A stretch of 64,000 nt of DNA from Calditrichaceae bacterium (lineage in GTDB: Bacteria; Calditrichota; Calditrichia; RBG-13-44-9; J075), in contig JABWBP010000026.1 of NCBI GenBank assembly GCA_013360445.1, positions 6,389-70,388 of the forward strand, in the 5' to 3' direction. Shown one piece after another: positions 1 to 8,636 of this stretch. Made by a program: the position numbers and the translations under genes. Every line of letters starts with the position of its first letter. Position 1 is the first letter of the stretch. The notes under the pieces are model-generated. The model had not been told where the DNA came from and did no database searches. It was given only the letters and a program-made list of their open reading frames with translations.

Positions 1-3000
1 CGGCAGCCATCCGTCCGAAGAGGCGGCAGGGTAGTTGGCCTGGGTATAGAGCCAGTCCAGCGCCCGCAGCAACGCCCGGTTCTGCCAGTTCCATGAATCA
101 TAGCCGGCGCGGTAGAGGATCAGCGCCGCGGCCGCGGCGCCTTGCAAGCCATCGTAAACTTCCCCTTCCTGCGGCGGCGGCCAGGTAAACGCCCCGGATT
201 TTCTCTGGTCTTCCGGAAGAACCCCGTCAATCGAATATCCCTGTTTAACCGCCCCCGCCGGATTAATTCCTACCGGCTCGGTCGAATCGGCCTGCCAGGA
301 AAAATCGGAATAAGAGAAACCGCTGTAAGCGCTGCGGTCCCCCAGCCAGCCCTTGAACACCAGGGCGGTGCGGCCCAGTTCTTCGGCGGCGCCTAAGTAG
401 CGGGCAATGGCGGCGCGGCTGGCGGCGCAGAAGGCGCCGGTATTGGTCGCTTTTTTCTCCTGAGCGGAGCGCAGCGTTTCGCCGCTGAGATCCTGGCTCA
501 GCAAGCCGCGCAGCCAGTTCCGGAAGAGGCTGTCCTGCGCCGCGGGAAGCCCCACCAAATCCGCGGCGATCACGTAGCCGATTGCTCCCCTTCCCACGGA
601 CAGGCCGGTGCCTCCGGCTTCGCTGCCGATGGCCGCCATGCAGGCATCGATAACCTCGGTGCGGTAGGCGGGAATGCCGGTTTTGGCATAGACCAGCGCC
701 TTGGCCATGGCGCGCACGTCCGCGTCGCTGGATCTGTCGGCCAGGTTGGGCGTGCCCAGGGGTTGATCCGCCCTCGTTTTCAGGTTCAGCCAGGCCGCGC
801 CGGAATCGGGAAGAGCGGCGATTTCATCCCCGCTGATCCAGATGCCGGAAGCAAACCGCGGGGTTGGTACTTCGTTGAAAATCGCCGTTACCGTGATGTC
901 GGAGTCCAGCACCACGCTGTCCGGGCGGGCGAAGCCGCTCAGCCCTCCACTCCAGCCCACAAAAACGTAGCCGGGCGCAGCTTCCGGAATCAGTTTGATG
1001 AGGGTTCCATTGCGATACTGGCCGCCGGGAGGGTCTAAGTACACGCTGCCCGCCCCGGCAATGTTTACGGTTAGATTGAATTGAGGGCCGTGCGTCCAAT
1101 CCGTCCAGCCGGCGTTTTTGCCCGGCCGGGCGCCCAGGGGGGCGGGGAAGCTGGTTTGATAGAAATAATTCACCAGGTGGGGCAGCCACTGGTCATCATT
1201 GCTGGCAGGGTAATTCTGTCCATCATTGAAGATCGTATTGTGTAGCCACTCCAAAGCGCGGCGCAGCGCCTGGTCTTGCCAGTTCCAGGCGTCGTAACCC
1301 TGGCGGTGCAGGAGATAGGCCAGGGCTACCGCTCCCTGCAACCCCTCCCAGGCATAGTTGGTCTTGCAGGGCGGCCAGGTGAAGGGGCCGCAGCGGTTCT
1401 GATCGTCGGGCAGCACCCCGTCGATAGAATGGCCGTTCTGCATCGCTCCCGGGGGATTGATGCCCACGGGGTTGGCCGGGTCCGCGTGCCAGGAGAAATC
1501 GCTGGAGTAAACGAAATCCTTGTAAGCGTTCCGGTCTCCTAACCAGGCTTTAAAGATCAGCGCCGTGCGGGCCAGCTCGTCGCGGTCTCCCAGGTAGAGG
1601 GCCACGGCGGCGCGGCTGGCGCCGCAATGGGTTCCCCAGTTGTTGGGGCGTAATTCTTGCGTCGATTGCAGGGTATAATTTTCTAATTGTAAGGTCAGAA
1701 GACCACGAAGCCATTCCCGGAAGATGCCGTCCTCCACCTCGGGAAGGCCTACCATATCGGCTGCGATCACGTAAGCCATCAATTCCCGTCCCAGGGCCAG
1801 GGTACGCCCGCCCTGTTCGGTGCCGATAACGTCCATGCAGGCGTTGATAACCTCTTCACGATAAACTTCCTCCCCCGTACGCGCATATACCAGCGCTTTG
1901 GCCATTATCCGCACGTTCGCGGAATCATCCTGGTTGGAGAGATTGGGATGGCCGGCCGGTTTGTCGGCGTTAGCTTTCAGGTTCTGCCAGGCAGCTCCGG
2001 ACGCGGGAAGTCTTAGAGCCTCATCGCTGCTGAGCCAGATGCCGGAATCATACAAAGGGGCCGGGTCTTCGATAAAAATGGCTGTAACAACGCGATCGGA
2101 ATCGATCATAAGGCTATCCGGTTTGGCGTACCCCTTCAGAGCGCCGTCCCAGCCGGCGAATATCCAACCCGGATCGGCCGCCGGGGTAAGGGAAACGGTA
2201 GCGCCGCTGTGATAAAGGCCTCCCGGGGGATCAAGAATTACCGTTCCCTCCCCCACAATATTCACGGTTAAAGTCAAACGGGGAGCATGGGTCCAATCTG
2301 TCCAGCCGATGTTTTTTGCGGGGTTGGCCGGAATATCGGTTGGGAAACCGGCCTGGTAATAATAATTGATAAGATGGGGCAGGCACTCGTCATCGCCGTC
2401 GGCATAATAATTTGCTTCATCATACAACCAGTCAAACGCCCGCCGCAGGGCTTGATCCTGCCAGTCCCACACCTCATACCCGGCGCGGTGCAGGATTACC
2501 GCATGAGCCAGCGCCCCCTGCAAGGCTTCGTACACATTGCTGACAGTAGTCGGCGGCCAGGTAAAGGGGCCATCGTCACGCTGGTCATCCGGCAATACGC
2601 CATCAATCGAATGGCCGTCTTTGAGCGCTCCCAGGGGATTGACGCCCACGGGATTGGCGGGGTCGGCCTGCCAGGAGAGGTCGCTTCCGTAAACAAAATT
2701 AGCGTAAGCATTGCGATCTCCTAAGTATCCTTTGAATATCAGGGCGGAGCGGGCCAGCTCTACTTCGTCTCCCAGGTAGCGGGCAATGGCCGCCCGGCTG
2801 GCGCCGCAATGGGTTCCGCGGTTGTTGGGGTCGATTTCGTGAATGGATTGGAGCGTTCCGCCGCTGAGGCTTTTGGTGAGCATCTGGCGCAGCCAGTCCC
2901 GGAAGAGCGAATCCTGCGGGGAAGGAAGCCCCACCAGGTCCGCGGCGATGATGTAGCCGATCAACCCCCGGGCCACGGTCGCCGGGGAGCCCCCGTTTTC

Positions 3001-3573
3001 CGTGCCGATGGCGGCCATGCAGGCCGCGATCACCTCGCTGCGGTAAGATTCGACGCCGCTGCGGGCATATACCAGCCCTTTGGCCATCACTCGCACGTCC
3101 ACCTGGTTATTGCGATTCGCCAGATCAGGGACGCCGGTGGGCAGGTCTGCTTCCGCTTTCAGGCTAAGCCAGGCGGGTCCGTTCATGGGAAGTTCGCCGA
3201 GTTCCGCCGGGCTGATCCAAATTCCCTGGGGATGGAGCGGGGCGGGAATCTCCGTAAAAATCGCCGTTACGGCCACGTTGGCGTTAATGGTCAGGTTACG
3301 GGGATTGGCGTAACCGCTTAGCCCGCCCTGCCAGCCGGCGAAGACATGGCCGCTATCCGCTGCCGCGGTGAGAGTTACCACGGTTCCGCCCGGGTAGGAG
3401 CCGCCGGGAGGGTCCAGGGTTACGCTGCCCTGGCCCACTATGTTGACGGTGAGGGTGTACTGAGCGGCCAGGGGAGAAACGGCCCCCGCTAACCATATAC
3501 CGGCAAAAAGAAAGACCATCCGGCGGAGTGGAAAGAAATATATATGGAAATTCGATCTCTCGAATCTGTTCAT
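1..3573 (-). CDS. Secreted multi-module protein (C-terminus beyond left window edge): 3 x [InlB-B-repeat-like Ig domain + all-alpha alginate-lyase-like domain]
   Basis: Absent from the ORF track because there is no stop inside the window. My reverse-strand translation from ATG 3573 is open to base 1. An alternative ATG at 3519 gives the signal peptide MVFLFAGIWLAGAVSPLAAQ. Modules begin YTLTVNIVGQGSVTLDPPGG (~3455), LTLTVNIVGEGTVILDPPGG (~2275) and FNLTVNIAGAGSVYLDPPGG (~1075). Each is followed by ~330 aa with conserved NN(R/W)GTHCGASRAA(I/V)A.YLGD (ATNTGAFCAASRAAIARYLG in module 3) and DG(V)LPDDQR..GPFTWPP blocks. The lyase-like assignment is by motif resemblance only. Confidence 0.6.
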   Translation of the reverse strand, partial: MNRFERSNFHIYFFPLRRMVFLFAGIWLAGAVSPLAAQYTLTVNIVGQGSVTLDPPGGSYPGGTVVTLTAAADSGHVFAGWQGGLSGYANPRNLTINANVAVTAIFTEIPAPLHPQGIWISPAELGELPMNGPAWLSLKAEADLPTGVPDLANRNNQVDVRVMAKGLVYARSGVESYRSEVIAACMAAIGTENGGSPATVARGLIGYIIAADLVGLPSPQDSLFRDWLRQMLTKSLSGGTLQSIHEIDPNNRGTHCGASRAAIARYLGDEVELARSALIFKGYLGDRNAYANFVYGSDLSWQADPANPVGVNPLGALKDGHSIDGVLPDDQRDDGPFTWPPTTVSNVYEALQGALAHAVILHRAGYEVWDWQDQALRRAFDWLYDEANYYADGDDECLPHLINYYYQAGFPTDIPANPAKNIGWTDWTHAPRLTLTVNIVGEGTVILDPPGGLYHSGATVSLTPAADPGWIFAGWDGALKGYAKPDSLMIDSDRVVTAIFIEDPAPLYDSGIWLSSDEALRLPASGAAWQNLKANADKPAGHPNLSNQDDSANVRIMAKALVYARTGEEVYREEVINACMDVIGTEQGGRTLALGRELMAYVIAADMVGLPEVEDGIFREWLRGLLTLQLENYTLQSTQELRPNNWGTHCGASRAAVALYLGDRDELARTALIFKAWLGDRNAYKDFVYSSDFSWHADPANPVGINPPGAMQNGHSIDGVLPDDQNRCGPFTWPPCKTNYAWEGLQGAVALAYLLHRQGYDAWNWQDQALRRALEWLHNTIFNDGQNYPASNDDQWLPHLVNYFYQTSFPAPLGARPGKNAGWTDWTHGPQFNLTVNIAGAGSVYLDPPGGQYRNGTLIKLIPEAAPGYVFVGWSGGLSGFARPDSVVLDSDITVTAIFNEVPTPRFASGIWISGDEIAALPDSGAAWLNLKTRADQPLGTPNLADRSSDADVRAMAKALVYAKTGIPAYRTEVIDACMAAIGSEAGGTGLSVGRGAIGYVIAADLVGLPAAQDSLFRNWLRGLLSQDLSGETLRSAQEKKATNTGAFCAASRAAIARYLGAAEELGRTALVFKGWLGDRSAYSGFSYSDFSWQADSTEPVGINPAGAVKQGYSIDGVLPEDQRKSGAFTWPPPQEGEVYDGLQGAAAAALILYRAGYDSWNWQNRALLRALDWLYTQANYPAASSDGWLP

Positions 3574-3870
3574 GGCCATTATCCTCGAGAATATTGATGA
3601 ATTCGGTGAAAATTACCGGAAGAGAGGAATGAAAAATTTCAAAGTTCTCTAAGTGAAATTCGCTGCAGCGCACCAACACGGTTGCCGTAACAGCCAACCG
3701 GCCGGACGTAACCAAAGGCCAGGGTAAAACATCGCAAACTGCCCGCTAAAATAAAGGAAAGCAGCGTCAGGCTGCGTGATGAGAGGCACAGATGTTCGGA
3801 CGCCGGATGCAGGATAGCCTGTACTGCTCCGTTATCTGGCATCCGTTATCGGTATTACCTCAAACGGAAT

Positions 3871-4875
3871 TTATGGCCGGGAGCGAAAAAGTACCGCTTC
3901 CATCAACTGTTCGTGCTCGATGGGCACCGCTCCCACTTCCTCGCATACCACCCCGGCGGCGTAATTGGCCAGGGTGACCGCTTCCTTCATGGTGGCGCCG
4001 GCGGCCAGGGCAAAGCTCACCGTGGCGATCACCGTGTCTCCCGCCCCGGAGACGTCGGCGACCTCCCGGGCCCGGGTACCCTCGAACGCCGCCGGTTTGT
4101 TCTTGCGGAACAGCGCCATGCCCCGGGAACCGAGGGTAATCAGCACCGCCCCGGCGTTGAGCCGGTCCAGCAGCATATTCCCGGCCCGCTCGATGCTCTC
4201 GTCGGAGTCCAGGCGCATGGCCAGGGCCTCTTCGGTCTCTTTTTTATTGGGTTTGAAGAGGGCGACATTGCGGAATTCGAAGAAATTGTCAAATTTGGGA
4301 TCTACGGTAACGATTTTCTGGCGGCGGTTCGCCAGGTCGATGATGTTCCGCACCAGTTCCGGCACCAGCACCCCTTTGTTGTAATCTTCCAGGATGATCG
4401 CGTCGATGTCGCTGATCATCCCTTCGATGAACCGGAAAATCCGGCTCTGCACGGAAGCGTCGATGGGAAGGATTTTTTCCCGGTCCACCCGGGCAATGTG
4501 CTGGTTGTTGCCGATAATCCGGGTCTTGAGAGTGGTGGGGCGGGAGGGATCCGCAATCAACCCGTCCGGAACGAGGTTCTTCTGGGATAACCTTTGGCGA
4601 AATATCTCCCCCCAGGAGTCTTCGCCGACCGTGCCCACCAAAACCGGCTCTCCGCGAAGCCCGATAACATTATTGGCCACGTTGGCCGCCCCGCCGAAGC
4701 GCACTTCTTCGTCCTGGTCTTCGATGTTGATGATCGGTACCGGGGCTTCCGGGGAAATCCGGCTGACGTTCCCCCACAAGTAGCGGTCGAGCATCAAATC
4801 GCCGACGATCAAAATTCGTTTTCCTACCCCCCCGCGCATGATCTCCCGCAGGCGATCCGGGTGAATTTCGACCAT
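3871..4875 (-). CDS. hldA: D-glycero-beta-D-manno-heptose-7-phosphate kinase (RfaE domain I / HldA, PfkB family)
   Basis: 334 aa. N-terminal KRILIVGDLMLDRYLWG...ISPEAPVP and C-terminal DVSGAGDT ribokinase-family motif, typical of heptose kinases. Confidence 0.75.
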   Translation of the reverse strand: MVEIHPDRLREIMRGGVGKRILIVGDLMLDRYLWGNVSRISPEAPVPIINIEDQDEEVRFGGAANVANNVIGLRGEPVLVGTVGEDSWGEIFRQRLSQKNLVPDGLIADPSRPTTLKTRIIGNNQHIARVDREKILPIDASVQSRIFRFIEGMISDIDAIILEDYNKGVLVPELVRNIIDLANRRQKIVTVDPKFDNFFEFRNVALFKPNKKETEEALAMRLDSDESIERAGNMLLDRLNAGAVLITLGSRGMALFRKNKPAAFEGTRAREVADVSGAGDTVIATVSFALAAGATMKEAVTLANYAAGVVCEEVGAVPIEHEQLMEAVLFRSRP

Positions 4876-4877
4876 GC

Positions 4878-5189
4878 CTATTTCCTCCGCGGGGCTTTAT
4901 TTACCCGGGCGCCGGAATCGAACAGGCGCTCTAACAGCGCTAAAAGCGGCTCTTTGAAGAGGCTGGCCAGCAATAAAATAACCAGCAGGGGAAAGGCGGT
5001 AAAATAGATGAATTTGATATACCCGTCCACCCAGCTGTTTTCCACCAGGAAGGGCAGCACCACGGCAATCAGGATAAAGCAGGCAAAGATATAATATTCT
5101 GCTACCCGAACGATGCGTTTGTAATATGCTTCGACCATTGAAACCGGCCTTTCATCTTTTTCTTTTTCTACACTCACGTTACGATCCAT
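4878..5189 (-). CDS. Small membrane protein, function unknown
   Basis: 103 aa with two hydrophobic helices (YYIFACFILIAVVLPFLV, FIYFTAFPLLVILLLASLF). Its stop lies 2 nt before the hldA start, suggesting co-translation. Confidence 0.5.
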   Translation of the reverse strand: MDRNVSVEKEKDERPVSMVEAYYKRIVRVAEYYIFACFILIAVVLPFLVENSWVDGYIKFIYFTAFPLLVILLLASLFKEPLLALLERLFDSGARVNKAPRRK

Positions 5190-5255
5190 GGTTTACGAGG
5201 TTGAATTCTGATGATATTCCCCCCCGGCAATCATCTACAAGCTGATTTCAGGCAT

Positions 5256-5421
5256 CCAATTTTCATTTTTCAATCTTCAATTTTCAGGTAGTCCCCTTGT
5301 TGAATGTTGCTGCGGTCTAGTCTGTTTATTTCAACCGCAGAGAGCGCGGAGAGCGCGGAGTTACGCCGGGGGGAAATGTATTTTCCATAGAGGGGGACTA
5401 CCAATTTTCAATTTTCAATCA
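5256..5421. repeat. Intergenic element: direct 'caattttca' stutter flanks around nested inverted repeats
   Basis: Flanks are ccaattttcatttttcaatcttcaattttcagg (5256-5288) and ccaattttcaattttcaatc (5401-5420). Inverted repeat ggtagtcccc (5287-5296) / ggggactacc (5393-5402). Inner stem ctgcggt/accgcag, plus tandem agagcgcgg x2. Confidence 0.7.
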
Positions 5422-7149
5422 ATACCCCACCGGAACCCCGGTTCCCCGGGGATCGCAGCAAATCTCCCACTGATTGCCGGAGCGCCAGATCGCCTGCACG
5501 TCCCCCAGGCGTTGCGTTTCGATGAAATCGAATCCCCGCGACTGCAATTCCTCTAAAATTTCGGGAGAAAATTCCCCTGTTTCATATTTGATAGAATCCG
5601 GCAGCCACTGCTGGTGGAAGCGCCCCGCGCCCATAGCTTCCGCAAGGGTCATGCGGTAATCGATTTTGTTCAGAACCACTTGCAGCACCGCGGTGATGAT
5701 CGTTGAACCGCCCGGCGACCCCAGGATGCCCGCTACCCGGCCATCTTTTTCCACAATCGTGGGGGTCATGGAACTGAGCATCCGTTTGCCGGGTTCCACG
5801 GCGTTAGCCCACCCCTGCACCAGGCCGAAGAGGTTGGGTGCGCCGGGTTTTCCGGCAAAATCATCCATCTCGTTGTTCAGCAAAATGCCGGTTCCCCCGG
5901 CAACCAGGTAACTCCCGAAATTGCCGTTCAGGGTGTAGGTCATGGCTGCGGCGTTGCCGGCGGCGTCGAGCACGGAAATATGGGTGGTTTCCGGCGCTTC
6001 CCTGGCGGGCGCCAGGGCCCGGGCGTATTCCGGCATTTGCTGCGCGGGGTAGGGGCGGGAGAGAGAAACCGAGCGGGCTATCTGCGCGGCGGTATCCGGG
6101 GAAGCAAACATTTGGAACGGAATATCCACGAAGGCGGGGTCGCCCAAATAGACGTTGCGGCGGGCGTACCACTGTTTTTCGACCTCGGAGAGGTAGGCGA
6201 TATAATCGGCGCGGTTGTGGGCGTGGGTGTTGGGCAGGTCTATTTGCTGGAGAGTGCCCAGGATTCCTTGCAACATCAATCCCCCGGAAGAGGGCGGGGC
6301 CATGGAGTAGAGCAGGTGATCGCGATAGGCGATTCGCACCGGCGGGCGCTCGATGGCGGTATATTCGAGAAAATCCGATTTGCTGAAAATTCCCCCGTGG
6401 CGCTGCGACGCGGCGATGATTTTATCGGCGATTTCCCCCTGGTAAAACGGGGCGTCGCCTTCCGCGGCGATTCGCTCCAGGGTGGCCGCCAAATCTTCCT
6501 GCCGCAGAACGGTTCCCGGCTCCGGGGCCCTGCCGCCGGGGAAGAAAATCCGGTAAGATTCGGGGAAGCGCTTAAAATTTGCCTCGTGTTCTTTTAGAAG
6601 ATTGCTCAGGCTCTCGCTGACCGGGAATCCATCCCGGGCCAGGCGGATGGCCGGTTGCAGCAAATCCTTCCAGGGCATGGAAGCGAATTTTTGGTGGGCG
6701 AGGTAAAGCCCGCGCACCGTTCCGGGTATCCCCGCGGCCAGCGCCCCGATGAGGCTTTTTTCGGGATCGAGGCTGCCGTCGGGCTGCCAGAACATCTCGG
6801 GAGTCGCCGCGGCGGGGGCGGTTTCCCGGAAATCCAGCGAGGTCACCTTGCCGTCGTGGGAGCGGTAGAGCAAAAATCCGCCCCCGCCGAGATTGCCCGC
6901 GCGCGGGTAAGTAACGGCCATGGCAAACCCCACCGCCACCAGCGCGTCGATGGCGTTGCCGCCCTGTTCGAGCACTTCCAGCCCCGCGGCCGCGGCGTGC
7001 GGCTCCGCGCAGGCGATTCCCGCGGAATCCACCACGATGGAGTGGGGAGCATTATTCCCCGCCGGCGGCGGCTGGCATCCAGTCCACCAGAAGGAGATCA
7101 GGAAGAGGCTCATAACGATCGTGTATTTGAAATGGGCAATGCGGGGCAC
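5419..7149 (-). CDS. ggt: Gamma-glutamyltranspeptidase (lipoprotein precursor)
   Basis: 576 aa. Lipobox FWWTGC, autoprocessing Thr context APETTHISVLD, and GSPGGSTIITAVLQV block. Confidence 0.9.
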   Translation of the reverse strand: MPRIAHFKYTIVMSLFLISFWWTGCQPPPAGNNAPHSIVVDSAGIACAEPHAAAAGLEVLEQGGNAIDALVAVGFAMAVTYPRAGNLGGGGFLLYRSHDGKVTSLDFRETAPAAATPEMFWQPDGSLDPEKSLIGALAAGIPGTVRGLYLAHQKFASMPWKDLLQPAIRLARDGFPVSESLSNLLKEHEANFKRFPESYRIFFPGGRAPEPGTVLRQEDLAATLERIAAEGDAPFYQGEIADKIIAASQRHGGIFSKSDFLEYTAIERPPVRIAYRDHLLYSMAPPSSGGLMLQGILGTLQQIDLPNTHAHNRADYIAYLSEVEKQWYARRNVYLGDPAFVDIPFQMFASPDTAAQIARSVSLSRPYPAQQMPEYARALAPAREAPETTHISVLDAAGNAAAMTYTLNGNFGSYLVAGGTGILLNNEMDDFAGKPGAPNLFGLVQGWANAVEPGKRMLSSMTPTIVEKDGRVAGILGSPGGSTIITAVLQVVLNKIDYRMTLAEAMGAGRFHQQWLPDSIKYETGEFSPEILEELQSRGFDFIETQRLGDVQAIWRSGNQWEICCDPRGTGVPVGY

Positions 7150-7161
7150 GGCAACCTCAGA

Positions 7162-7680
7162 TTATGGGGCCTGGAGAATGTCCAGCAGGTCTTCCACGAA
7201 ATTCTCTTTCATGGGAAATTCGATCATCCGGCCGATTTCCTCCCCGTTCCGGAATAGGATGAAGGTGGGAACCAACTCAATTCCATAGGGCTTTGCGGTA
7301 TGGCCGGGATCGTCTTTTTTGCGATCCACCCCGATCAATTTTACAGTAATGCGCTGGTTCTGGGCGGCGTTCAGGGTTTTCATGAATATTGGCAGGGCTT
7401 CCCGGGAATCCCCGCACCAGCTTCCGAAATAACAGAGCACCTCCAGCGGCTCGTTAATCTGCCTGACCCGCTCCACCAGCGCCGGGTTGGCTTCGCTGCG
7501 TCGGTCTTCTTCTTTCCATGCCGGAAAATGGCGCAAAATTTCCCGGTATTCAACCTCTCCCAGGATCAGTTGCTCTCCCCCCACCTGCCGCAAGATGGCT
7601 ACGGACTGGTTTTGATGAGCGCATCCTGCGGCCAGGAGCAGCATTATCAGAACCATTGCGTGCTTTTTCACAGTTTCCAT
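7162..7680 (-). CDS. Thioredoxin-fold lipoprotein
   Basis: 172 aa. Lipobox LLAAGC. YFGSWCGDSREALP is a CxxS variant of the WCxxC motif. Lies 12 nt upstream of ggt on the same strand. Confidence 0.6.
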   Translation of the reverse strand: METVKKHAMVLIMLLLAAGCAHQNQSVAILRQVGGEQLILGEVEYREILRHFPAWKEEDRRSEANPALVERVRQINEPLEVLCYFGSWCGDSREALPIFMKTLNAAQNQRITVKLIGVDRKKDDPGHTAKPYGIELVPTFILFRNGEEIGRMIEFPMKENFVEDLLDILQAP

Positions 7681-7700
7681 CTCCTTAAAAAAGGCGGCGA

Positions 7701-8621
7701 TTAATTCAGGGGGCCTGGGGTTGAGATGTTCAGCCGGGTGGAGTCGCTGCCCGGGGAACGGTTTTCGATTTTAGCCGGGCGCAGTTCTTTCCGGGTAATT
7801 CCCTCCCGGGTAATGGTGAGAAGGGCGATGGTATTGGATTGGCCGGGAACGCCGAGATTTCTGCCATTTAGCCAGATTTCGACGCCGTCGGCTTTGCCCA
7901 ACAGCAATTCTACTCCCCGGGCGGCGCGGAGAGAGTGCCGGATTCCGGGTTGCAGGATATAGTCCGTGGTATCGGTCTCATCGCGCACCTCTCGAATCCA
8001 GGTGCGCACCAGGGCGCGCAGTTCTAACGCCAGCGGCTCGCCGGCCGGGGCGGCCGGGCTTGCGGAGTCCGGCAGGGTTTGCGCCGTGGTGTCCGTTGCC
8101 GCCATGTTGCGGGTGGTATCGACCAGTTCGGTAATGGGGATTTCCCTCACTTCCATATTTTGATTGTATTTCTCGAACACGTACTGTTGGTAGGTAAAGT
8201 AACCGGCTCCCACCAGGGTCGCCAATGCCAGGCTGATCCAGAAAATTTTGTGGATTCGATCCAGGTTCAATCCTTCGATGTAAGAACGGGTTTTAGGCGG
8301 AAGCTCCCGGGGAATAGAGGGGCGCGGTACCTTTCGCCGGGAGATTTTCGGCTCTTCCGGAAGGGTTTTGAGCGGTTCCGGTTGCTTGAAACGCCCGGAC
8401 ATTAAATCAAAGTCTCGCAGCACTTCTTCGACGTCCAGTCCAATCTCCTGGGCGTAGCGCCGCAGGTAGATGCGCTCGTAACCGGGGGGAAGTTTTTCTA
8501 TCCGTCCTTCTTCAATCGCCCTTAGATATTCCAGCGAAAGCCGGCTCTTGCGCTGGATGTCTTCCAGGGAGATTCTTTTTTCCAACCGTTTTTGCTTCAG
8601 GTTCTCGAAAAATTCTTTCAA
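7701..8621 (-). CDS. RodZ-like cytoskeleton-associated protein (HTH + TM + DUF4115-like C-terminus)
   Basis: 306 aa. XRE-type HTH (ISLEDIQRKSRLSLEYLRAIEEG), a single TM helix (IFWISLALATLVGAGYFTY), and a C-terminal beta domain (LELRALVRTWIREV...GVEIWLNGRNLG). Confidence 0.6.
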   Translation of the reverse strand: MKEFFENLKQKRLEKRISLEDIQRKSRLSLEYLRAIEEGRIEKLPPGYERIYLRRYAQEIGLDVEEVLRDFDLMSGRFKQPEPLKTLPEEPKISRRKVPRPSIPRELPPKTRSYIEGLNLDRIHKIFWISLALATLVGAGYFTYQQYVFEKYNQNMEVREIPITELVDTTRNMAATDTTAQTLPDSASPAAPAGEPLALELRALVRTWIREVRDETDTTDYILQPGIRHSLRAARGVELLLGKADGVEIWLNGRNLGVPGQSNTIALLTITREGITRKELRPAKIENRSPGSDSTRLNISTPGPLN

Positions 8622-8636
8622 GGTTTTAAAATCCTT

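Noticed and set aside
142-3321. Plus-strand track ORFs 142-396, 763-1038, 1276-1542, 1898-2212, 2287-2724, 2809-3321, and minus-strand fragments such as 824-1189 and 2274-2477
   Set aside because: They lie opposite to, or out of frame with, the long uninterrupted minus-strand frame (1-3573). That frame has a signal peptide and a coherent threefold domain repeat. Their translations are Arg/Pro/Gly-rich low-complexity sequence, typical of GC-rich shadow frames.
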